From assembly GCF_009914755.1 (NCBI RefSeq), contig NC_060947.1: a stretch of DNA of 64,000 bases. One strand, given 5' to 3'. Positions within the stretch are counted from its first letter, which is position 1, and each line of letters begins with the position of its first letter. The notes under the pieces were generated by a model, which did no database searches, was not told where the DNA came from, and saw only the letters and a program-made list of their open reading frames with translations. Positions 53,425 through 64,000 of the stretch are shown in pieces. The translations under genes and the position numbers were made by a program. This stretch comes from the human T2T-CHM13v2.0 reference genome, Homo sapiens.

Positions 53425-54749
53425 GACTAATAAGAATATTTATTGGACATAGGACTTTTTCTAAGTCTAATGAGAAAAAAAACAACTGGGCCTTTGTTAT
53501 TTCTCCCTTTTAGATTTCTACTTGCTATCTAAGTATAGGTAGTAAGGTGTTATAAAAGTGGATTGTAAGTATTTGCCAGTGAATGAAATATGACAAAAAA
53601 GGGTTTTTATTAAGCAAAGTGTAGAAGGAAAAAATAAATAAAGTAACAATAGGAAAAGAAAATGTTGTTACAGAAAATGATAACTTTTAGGGCAGAAAAT
53701 GAGAAAAGACAAGACCAAGATTCCTCTAGGATGGGCCTCCAACCCATAATACTGGAAGGAATGCCAATGCCAAAACCCTGGAACAACCAGGGGTGTCCAA
53801 CAATACTGAATGCTGAAAACCTGGAATACCTGAGTATCAAGCCAACAAGTGTTTCTACACCAAATGCCCGAAACCTCAGAGTTTCCAGGGGTTCTCCAAA
53901 TGCCAAAAACCCCAGAGTATCTGTGGGGCATCCAACAGTGAACCCCAAAGGCCTGATTGGGGCCACAGAAAAATGTGACTCTGGTGTTCCTCAGTAAACA
54001 CAATGGGGAACCTCTCATAATCAACTGCCCTGACTTAAACAATTGCCAAAGGAGCCAAAGCCAAAAAAAAAAAAAGACTGCAAACAAAACATGCATTTTA
54101 GGACTGAAAATAAAATGGCTAGTGGAGCAATAAAATAGAGTCAGAAGAGAAAGGACCTGGTGAAGAAGTGACAAGGATGTGTCTCAGGACACTCAATTAA
54201 TGAGTGACTTTTCACTGACCACTTAGCCAAAGACTTTTATGCCCTAACTTATCTGATATTGTGGGGAAGGGTTCAGAGGGGACACTCACCCATTCACAGT
54301 AGCCAAAATTGTGCTGACTGATCTTCCACATGGGACCCGGATGAAGGTCTTCCCCAGGTTCCCTTAACTTAGGTTGACTTAGCTGTCACACATGAGGTGC
54401 AAGTGCAGGGATTGTTTACCTGCCAGCCTACTGGTAGGAGCAGCAGGTCCCATTCAAGGTGGTACTACTGTGGACACTTGCCTGTTCACTCAGCTCCACT
54501 GCCCACTGGGAAAGATGATGGATCTGGAAAGGGCCTTTGGTTAGTGTTATGGCTTTGCGGTGTTAGCAGCTCTTTATTGTTACAGCCTCAGGGTTATAGC
54601 TCTGCAGCTTTTGGTTGCCATCTCACCATCTCTTGCCAATTGCTGCCTCTCCACTGATCACTGATTGCCGTCATCGCCACTGTCTCACCATCTTACCTCT
54701 CCACCAATTTCCATCTCTGCTCTCTCACTCTCTCTCACTTGCTGTCTTT

Positions 54750-54768
54750 GTCCCTTTGTTGGTCACCA
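54750..54768 (-). other. Primer binding site, tRNA-Arg-like
   Basis: Minus strand TGGTGACCAACAAAGGGAC, 2 nt after the 5'LTR; resembles TGGCGACCACGAAGGGAC (Arg-type PBS). Confidence 0.65.
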
Positions 54769-54770
54769 GA

Positions 54771-55256
54771 TAACACAGGGCAGGTGAGCTCTAAAATTGG
54801 GGCTTAGCTTGGGAGGGTTCTTGGCTTCACCCAGGAAAGAATTCAAGGGCAAGCTGGTGGTGTTAGACAACAACTTTTATTGAAGTGGCAGTTTACAGCG
54901 GCAGCAGAGGTACTGCTCATTGCAGAACAGGGTTATCCCATTGGCAGTGTGCACAGAGTAGTAGCTCAGGGGCAGTTCTGCAGTTATATCTATATCCACG
55001 TTTTATTATATGCAAATTAAGGGGTAGATTATGCAGAAATTTCTATAAAAGAGGTGATATCTTCCAGCTCATTGGCTTGTTGCCATGGAAAGAGGTGATA
55101 ACTTCCAAGTGTTGCTATGACAGTGGTAAACTGACATGGCACTGGTGGGCATGTCTTATGGAGAGATCCTTTCACTTTTTCCCTGTTTCAGCTAGTCTTC
55201 AGTCTGGTCCAGAACCCAAGCCCCACCTCTGCAGTCAAGTCCTGCCTCCTACCTCA
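54771..55256 (-). mobile_element. 5' LTR of the provirus
   Basis: Minus strand starts TGAGGTAGGAGGCAGG; homologous to 47450-47896; followed by the PBS. Confidence 0.93.
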
Positions 55257-55644
55257 TAATGAGCCAAGAAAAGCAAGGTACCAATTGAAATGTGCAGAGT
55301 AGTTCCATTTCTACAATGTTTAAGGACATGTAAAACAATGTTATAAATTGATGATACTTCTATGTATATATGCATCTTTAAAAGAATGCAAGAGAATGAT
55401 GAACATCTAAATCAAAATAGTGGTTACCTCATGGTGTGGGAGTAGGAATGGGAATACAAGAGTGTAGGAGCACACAAAGGGCTTCAATTGTATTGGTAAT
55501 ATTTCTAAGTTGGTTATGTCTCATGGGTGTTCATTATATTAATAGTATTAGTCTTCTTCAATGTCTAAAATATTTCATAATATACTAAAAGTAGCATACT
55601 ATGTCTCTGACACTCTACACTCGCTTTTCCTCCTGAACCTCTGT

Positions 55645-57590
55645 TTAATTATGAAACTCTAAGAATATTCTCATTGATGTTGGAAACAAGGCAATATCAC
55701 CACGATCATTTGACTTAGCTCTGGATGTACCAGCTAATGCAATTAGATGAAAGAAAGAAGATATGTAAAAACAAAAAGAAGAGGCACAATCATCATTATT
55801 TGCAAATGTCATTATATACCTGGAAAATCCAAGAGTACCAACTGGAAATTATTATAATTGTATAAGTATGTATCTGTAGAAGTGTAGAAAATATAACAAC
55901 AGATTTCATGCATAAAAGCTGCTAAAACCTAGCAATATAATCTTAGGAAATTTATAGAACCTATATGAAGAAAAAATGTATTTTTTATTTTTTTCTGTCT
56001 CTGATGCTTGAATCAAGATGAAAAACCATTAACTCTATTGAGGAACATGAATAGATGGAGAGAAATATCCTGTTTTTGGATAGGAAGACAATAGTGAAAA
56101 GACATTAAAGTGTAATACAATCCCAATAAAAATACCAAGAAAACTTTGGACTAGGCATAGTGATTTCAAAGTACATACAAAACATGAAAATAAACATGTG
56201 AGAATAGCTAGGATAATTATGAAAAAGTGATAAATAAGGATTAACTTTACAATATATATTCTAAGCTCCTGTAATTAAAGGTGCAGGAATAGGAAGACAG
56301 GTCAAAGCAACAGTTTTTTCATTCTAGAAATAGACTCAAACACTAACATATATAATTAAAGGGCCATATTAAAATAGAAGAAAAATATGTTAAAATTGAC
56401 TATACAGTAAAAAGTAAAGGTAATTCCCTCTCCCATTATACCAAAATTAATTCCAGAAAGCCCATATATTTGAAATTATATGAGTGAAACTCTAAAAGTA
56501 TTAGAAGTAAACATGGTCATGGGGAGGTAGGGGGATGGGAGATCTTGGCATATAAAATACCTGAGATGCAAACTCTAGAAACTCTAGTGGAAAATATTAA
56601 TAAATGTCACTAAATAAATTTAAAAATTCTACACAGAACAAATATATAAAAGGGGAAATTCTGGGAAATATTTTGCAATACATGACAGATAAAAGTTTGA
56701 TAATTTATTATGAATCAGTACAAGATCATTCAATACAAAAGAGTATGAACAAGCAATTTACTAAAGGAGAAATATAAATGGATTATAAACATAGGAAACA
56801 ATCATCAGTTACATTTATGAGTAAATGCAGATTAAAATGAGTGGCAAATAGTAAATTTTGATATTTAACAGTGTTGGTAAGTTAACAAATAACATAGAAG
56901 CAAATCCATTGCTAGAAATTTGTCCTACTGATAAGTGGTTTTCAACCTGAAGCAATTTTTCCCCTAAAGGGACATTTGGCAATGTCTGGAGACATTTATG
57001 AGGATCACAACTGGGACATGTGTTACTGGAATCTAGTGGGTAGAAGCCAGGGATGCTGCCAAACATTCTGCAATGTACAGTACAACCCCCAACAATAAAG
57101 AATTATCTGACCAAAAATGTAAATTGTGCCAATGGTGAGAAATCCTGCTACAGATATACTTGTGTATGCAGACGCATGTTCAAGGGTACTCATTGCCACT
57201 CTGTTTGTAAAAGCAAAGGACTAGAAGCAACCTAAATATCTATCAATATGGGTCTAGTTAAGTAAAATATGACACATTCACAAAGGGCTGTTGTATAGTT
57301 TATTTTAAAAAATAAAGTAGATAGATGCTGAGAAGAATATGTTTACAAGAGACACAAAGAAAAAAATTAGGATTCAGACCAGTGTATGCAATATGTCTCC
57401 ATTTATGAAATACAAAGAAAAACATGAATATATGCATGTATGCATATACGTGTGATGATCTGCAAGTACACACAACAAATAGAGAATGGTCATCTCTGGG
57501 TAATGAACTTTTTGAGTGGGAGACTCACTTTTTATTGTGTTCTTTTTTGTATTATTTGAAATTCTACTTTATGAAAATATTATTTTCACA
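55645..57590 (+). mobile_element. Old L1M (L1ME/MC-like) ORF2 3' part and 3'UTR
   Basis: 'cattatttgcaaatgtcattatatacctggaaaatccaagag' (RT region), 'cctgtttttggataggaagac' and 3'UTR motifs. Confidence 0.75.
56933..57147. mobile_element. MER20 (hAT-Charlie)
   Basis: 'agtggttttcaacc...gggacatttggcaatgtctggagacattt...gagaaatcctg'; 8-bp TSD ctacWgat. Confidence 0.92.
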
Positions 57591-58215
57591 TTCTTTAAGA
57601 AACCCAGGCTGATATTTTAACTCCAACTTACCTTTGCAAGGCTTCTCTCTATTTTATCTCTAAATAGAAGACACACTCCATGTAAAGTTGGCCAAGACAT
57701 TATTTTTCCTTTGTGCCCTCTGCCTACAAAGGCATTCTGCCAATTCCCATTTTTGCCTTTTAAAATCCTTTAAGTGGTTGTAGGTGTCTGGCATTTTATC
57801 TAGATTTTTAAACCTGTTTCATTCTCTATATGTTTGTTTTTGTACCAGTAACATGCTGTTTTGGTTACAAAACAAACTAACCTTGTAGTATAGTTTGAAG
57901 TTGGATAGTGTAATTCCTCTGGCTTTGTTCTTTTTGCTTAGGATTGCTTTGGCTATTTGGACCTTTTTTTGTTTCCATATGAATTTTAGAATAGTTTTTT
58001 TTTCTGTGAAAATGTCATTGGTAGTTTCATAGGAATAGCATTGAATCTATAAATTGCTTTGGGCAATGTGACCATTTTAACAATGTTGATTCTTCTTATC
58101 CATCAGCATGGAATGCTTTTCCATTTGTTTGTGTCATCTCTGATTTCTTCCAGCAGTGTTTTGTACCTTTCTGTGTAGAGATCTTTCACCTTCCTGGTTA
58201 GCTGTATTCCAAGGT

Positions 58216-58217
<2 letters not shown>

Positions 58218-58255
<38 letters not shown>

Positions 58256-58265
58256 TGTGTGTGTG
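58218..58265. repeat. (TG)n microsatellite inside L1
   Basis: Directly visible. Confidence 0.95.
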
Positions 58266-58287
58266 TTATTGTGTGAATGGGATTGTT

Positions 58288-58517
58288 CTTTTTTTTCTTT
58301 CCAACTTTTAGGTTCAAGGGGTACATGTGCAGTTTTATTATATGGGTAAATTCTGTGTTGTGGGGGTTCAGTGTACAGATAATTTTGTGACCCAGGTAAT
58401 CAGCATAATATTTGATAGGTAGTTTTTCAATCCTCACTCTCCTCCTACCCTTCACCCTCAAGTAGGCCCTGGTGTCTATTGCCTGCTTCTTTGTGTCTGT
58501 GTGTACTGAATGTTTAG
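58288..58517 (-). mobile_element. Nested short L1PA13-16-like 3' end
   Basis: 'ccaactttt..ggggtacatgtgcag...caccctcaagtaggccctggtgtc' interrupts the host L1 at gattg..ttctt. Confidence 0.85.
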
Positions 58518-59053
58518 GTTTGTGTTCTTGATTTGGCTCTCAGTTTAGACATTGTTGGTATATAGAAATGCTACCAATTTTTTTTACATTGATTTTGTAT
58601 CCTGAAACTTTGCTGAAGTTATCGGATCTAGGAGTCTTTGGCCAGAGACTATGGGGTTTTCTAGTTATAAAATCATATCATCTCTGAAGAAAGTTTGATT
58701 TCCTCTCTTCTTGTTTGGATGCCTTTTATTTCTTCCTCTTGCCTGATTTATCTGGTTAGGACTTCTAGTAATATATTGAATGGAAATGGTGAGAGTGGGC
58801 ATCTTTTTCTTCTTCTGATTCTCAAGGGGAATGCTTCCAGCTTTTGCCCACTCAGTAGGATGTTGGCTGTGGATTTGTCATAGATTGCTCTTATTATTTT
58901 GAGTTATGTTCCTTCAATGCCTAATTTATTGAGAATTTTTAACATGAAAGGATGTTGGCTTTTATTGAAAGCCTTTTCTGCATCTATTGAAATAATCATG
59001 TAGTTTATGTGATGAATCATATTTATTGGTTTGTGTGTGTTGAACCAACCTTC

Positions 59054-59320
59054 CAAATACAGCATGTTCTCACTTAAAAGGCAGAGCTAAACATTGTTTA
59101 CTTTTACAATGGATGCAAAGAAGGGAACAATAGACACTGGGGCCTACTTGAGGGTGGAGGGTGGGAGGATGGTAAAGATAAAAAAACTACCTATCATCAG
59201 ATAGTATGCTTATTACCTGGGTGACAAAATAACCTGTATGCCAAACCCCTGTGACATGCAATTTATACATGTAAGAAGCCTGCACATGTACCCCATGAAC
59301 CTAAAAGGTAGAAAGAAAAA
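59054..59320 (+). mobile_element. Sense 3' end of the twin-primed L1
   Basis: 'caaatacagcatgttctcactt...gacactggggcctacttgagggtggagg...cctgcacatgtacccc' plus A-rich tail. Confidence 0.92.
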
Positions 59321-59417
59321 ACTGATCACGTGATTCCTGTTCATTAATACCCCTTATAATCTTCTGTTTTTCTTTGGCATATGTGATCAGTATACACATT
59401 TTAATGTGTATAAAAAA

Positions 59418-59735
59418 TAAAATCCTTCAAGGTAAGTCCCATCTCAAAGACCACTTTCTATACCAAGTCTTCCCTCATCCTCTCAACCACTTGGAAGTAC
59501 ACATTTATAGACACATAACACTTTGTATTTTTAAGGCACCCATACCCTGTGCTACAGTGATTTATGAGCATTTTTACTTTCTTCTTTCCTCCATATCAAA
59601 AACTCACCTTACATTTTGAGTTTTTTTAAGGGAAAAATCATATCTTATTCATCTTTGAACTAGTTTTATAGTATGTAGCAAAGTGCCTGAGGCATAATCA
59701 TTGGTCAATAAATATTTGTCAGGTTGAAATGAATA
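59418..59735 (+). mobile_element. L2 fragment, continuing from ~57.70-57.77 kb
   Basis: 'ccttcaagg..ccatctcaaagaccactttc..aagtcttccct' and 'agcaaagtgcctga..tcaataaatatttgt'. Confidence 0.6.
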
Positions 59736-60497
59736 AAAGTTTATAATATACAGGCAAATATAAATGGGTAAATACAAAACAGAAAACAAACAGAAAAAAA
59801 ATAACAACAGAATTAGTTCAGTTTGTTGGTAACCTAAACTCTCTTGTTCTTTAGTGCTTTTAAACCTATACATTTAACTATTGTTAAAAATGTATTGTTA
59901 AACATATATTGCGTTTTCTGAACAGAAACCAACTGTGTATACTGTAATATACCTATGTGATGTTTTTGTATTTCTTTTAACACAAACTTTTCAATTCTTG
60001 TATAGCAATTCCACTGAAATTGTAATTGCTACTTTTAAGTGTCAGTCATTTTTCATATGTCTCACTGAGGAAAGTGCTATTTGTTTTTATTTTACATGTG
60101 ATGCATCAATTGTACAAGCACATGAGACACTTATTTTATCATCTCTACCCTCCATGTTTCTTGACTGTTACATTTTACTACTGAAATCCAGCATTTCAGA
60201 TATTCATGAGGCTGAAACATGTCCATAATCATCACATTCCCCATTTCTTTGGGAACAACATATACATAGTCGAGAAACTCACTGTATCTTAAGGCATGCT
60301 TTGTCATCTACTAACTTTCTACTCATTGGGATGGAGTTGCACTGAGAGATAAGGTTGCATTTAAGCAACTGCACACACAAGGAAGAACAGTAACCACTGT
60401 TGAATGAGTGGTCAATGTCATAACACTGCTTCACAGGGAGGTAAAAAACATGGCCCATTTTTATTAGAAGCTAGAATTGTGTCCGGAATAGAAAATG

Positions 60498-60910
60498 CTA
60501 TATATATATATATAAAATATTTGCTCTCTCTATATATAGAATATTAGATATATATAATATTAGATACATAATATAATATTAGATACATAATATATAATAG
60601 ATACATAATATTATATAATATTAGATACATAATATTATATAATATTATATTAGATACATAATATTATATAATATTATATTAGATACATAATATTATATAA
60701 TATTATATTATAGACATATTATATATTATATTATAGACATAATATATAATATATTATATGCATAATATATAATATTATATTATATGCATAATATATTATA
60801 CATATAATATTATGTACATAATATATACATAATATTATGTACATAATATTAACATAATATTATATACATAATATTGTATACATAATATTTCATATATATA
60901 TATAAATATT
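60498..60910. repeat. AT-rich VNTR / low-complexity array (units such as tattagatacataatattatataa)
   Basis: Directly visible tandem units. Confidence 0.95.
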
Positions 60911-62163
60911 TGATACTGTGGAATACTTTTCCCCAGTTAGTGAGGTTACTTTCTATTGATAATACTCTGGCTATACAGCCATTTTACTTGTTTCTAAATT
61001 TAAAATCAAATCACTTTAGCAAGTATAGATGTAGAATTTTAGGAACCTCTGGCCTTTTTACAGGTATTTTCCTTGGCAAGGGCTCCATTGAGTTGGCAAT
61101 CTAGTAACCTGCATTGTGAGGGCACATTATAAAAGTTACACCAACATCTAGGACTAACTTTTGGCTTCTCAGATGGAAGATAAGGATATAATAACCAGGT
61201 GTTGCTGTTATTACCTTTAGTATTTGAAGCAGTTGTAATGTTTATTTTATTTCAACTTTGGGTAAATTTAAGGAAGCAGAGGAAATATAATTAGTCTATA
61301 ATTTAAAAACATAAAGCCAATGTAAGAAAATCTGCCATAGTTAATTATAGTGTCCAGATTAAGAACTTTCAGCCTCTTCCAGAATAATGTATGAGCGCAG
61401 AGTTAATCACATGTGGGATTTTCAAAACATTTAATTGAGAAAAAAATACAAAAAAGTACTTTTGAGAAAATATGACCCACAGCAATCCCATTATCTCCAC
61501 TGTTAAACCTCCCCACTAGCTGCTTTTTTTCTCATCTGTCCTTATCTGTTATCTTGCTAGATGCCATGTGAGGAGGCCACTAAAGTAGAAAGAAACCTGT
61601 TCTTTGCCTTCAAGGTAGCTCTGGAGGCAGTAATTAATATGGAAATAAGCGCTCCATTGTGTGATTCAGACAAATATGATGGGAGCATATAGTTTCAAAT
61701 GAACTGTGGTCATCAGAGCAGGTCATATGGAGTACATGGGCCTTAAAGGATGGATTACACCATTACTGTTTCAAATGTAATAGTGTAGAATTATGCTAAT
61801 CATGGGTTAGGGATTCCATTTTACATTAAGGTCAAATAAATTTTCTCAGGTTACAGAAGATAATTCAACCTAAAAATATGTTTCAAAAGAGTACCTGAAT
61901 ACAGATACATTTTAAGGTGTTTTTATTGTTTTGTTATTGGAAAACAGCAGAGAGTAGGGATGAACGTGATCTCTTGCTATTTTTTACTTGTTAAGGACTA
62001 AATAAGAAGAAAATGACTAAAACTGACTGCAAAAAATAAGAATAAAAATAATAGAAAAGTTACAACTGGTATTTAAGAGAACATGGATGAAAACTTATCA
62101 TATTAATTAAAGCATGGTATTAAAAAGCAAATTCACTTAGCTGTTCTTCCTTTATGTTTATAA

Positions 62164-62599
<436 letters not shown>

Positions 62600-63394
62600 T
62601 AGCAGAATCTCTCCTATCAAATTTTTTAATTGACAAAAATAAATATTAAAAGGACCCCATTAATGCTGCATAGCTAAATTGAGTAAGTACACATCTGGTT
62701 ATAGAGGTTATACATGCTGGGGATGAGTAGATGGTTATTCCAACCTGTTACTGTTCTCACAGATGTCAGTTTGTAATTACTACCTCTTGTCAGAAAGATG
62801 CTACCCACATGGATTTCCCAGAATTTAGTGAAGAGAGTCAGAATGGAGAAAGTGAAGGAGCTTTGGGCTTGGTGATAAAAAGACAAGTAATATATAACAT
62901 TTTTCCCCTTAAAAAACGTTTCTCAGAATAAGTGAAGCATTTAATGAATGCCTTTGGAGCTATCAAATATTTGTCTTTTCCTGAGATCCAGACGCATTAC
63001 ATTTACAAACTACCGAGTTATGTGTACCTGTATTTCATTGTTGGCATTTTTTGATAGAAACTTGTGGTATGCAAAAGGAAATGAAAAGCTTATAGTAGAC
63101 CCCCAACACTAGTCTTACAAATTCAAGCCAATACATCAATTTCATATTATTCAGTGTCACCCATTTGCCTTTGACATCTTTGCTCACAATATTTTCTTGC
63201 CTTGCTATTTGTCCTTCAGAGTTCTGCTCAAATTCTACCTCTTCTCTAAAAGTTTTCCTGTTTATCTCATATTCCTTTTCCATTTCTCTGAATGTCTCTG
63301 TAGCACTGAGGCCTCAATTATATGTGATCTTACATTGTTCTCTAAATTCTTACTCTGATTTGCTTCACTATCCTGACTGCTCCTCCAGGAATGG

Positions 63395-63557
63395 GCATTT
63401 CTCTAGCTTCAGTTCCTCTCTTTATACAATGAGGGTGACAATATAACCATGTTAAAGGCTTCTTTGGAGGATTAAATGAGATAAACCATGTTAATCGTGG
63501 ATAGCACAGAGTCTGGCACACATTAAGTATCCAATAAACTTTAGCTATTGTTATTAT
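63395..63557 (+). mobile_element. MIR
   Basis: 'ggaggattaaatgagataa...agcacagagtctggcacacattaagtatccaataaac'. Confidence 0.8.
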
Positions 63558-64000
63558 GTGCTCTAAAGGCTTAGTAATTGATAGCTTGATTAAGTTTTCT
63601 TTCAAGTCTGAATTTTAAGAGAATATAATTTTTTGTCTGCTAGAAATAGCCTCAGAGTGTGTCTACAAAAGTAGAACAACTAGTTAAACATTGAAAATAT
63701 GGTTAACTAGTTGCTTTCTCTACATGCCACTAAAAACCAATTTGGCTGAATTATCTGAGTGAAATAATTGACTGTTTAGGAATAATGGCATCAGAATGTG
63801 CATAATACATAAATTTTCACCAGTAATCACTGCTAAGTAATATAAGTTGAATAAAGTCATGCCCATGAGGCATTTAGATAGAATTGCCACTTAACTCAGT
63901 AAAACAACCATTTTGACAGGCTTTAAGATAATTTTTTTCTGACTTCATCAATTTATTCTGTAAGTTGAATAAATTGCCTGGGATTTTGTGTATAGAAACA

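Larger units (their letters stand above)
57775..59053 (-). mobile_element. Inverted 5' segment (ORF2) of a twin-primed older L1P element
   Basis: Antisense ORF2 'ttgtagtatagtttgaag...ttgaaccaaccttc' abuts a sense L1 3' end at 59054. Confidence 0.88.

Noticed and set aside
53610-54174. Three overlapping ORFs of 111-168 aa
   Set aside because: They lie in the repetitive proviral leader and show no protein motifs.

Overview
Repeat-dominated primate genomic DNA, very likely human because it contains an AluYb8-type element. It reads as intronic or intergenic. I recognised no host protein-coding exon, rRNA, tRNA or CRISPR array. Almost all long ORFs in the track derive from LINE-1 ORF2, Alu or endogenous retrovirus sequence. 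Main contents: (1) A near full-length L1PA2/3-like element on the minus strand (23.56-28.35 kb). It lacks ORF1 through a ~1.5 kb internal deletion, has an AluYb8 in its tail, and has an AluYe5-like half-Alu inserted in frame in the ORF0 region. (2) A two-LTR class I (ERV1, MER66/MER4-group-like) provirus on the minus strand (47450-55256) with decayed gag, almost no pol, and a decayed env resembling EnvV (ERVV-1/2). A solo LTR of the same family lies at 31.9-32.3 kb. (3) A 5'-inverted L1 with an apparent ~97 bp 3' transduction (57.76-59.43 kb). (4) Many older L1, L2, MIR, Alu, MER and MLT fragments, plus microsatellites. (5) Repeat-poor AT-rich blocks that could be conserved non-coding elements. 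I found no convincing new biological system; the findings are locus-level retroelement oddities. Subfamily names come from remembered consensus features and need Dfam/RepeatMasker confirmation.
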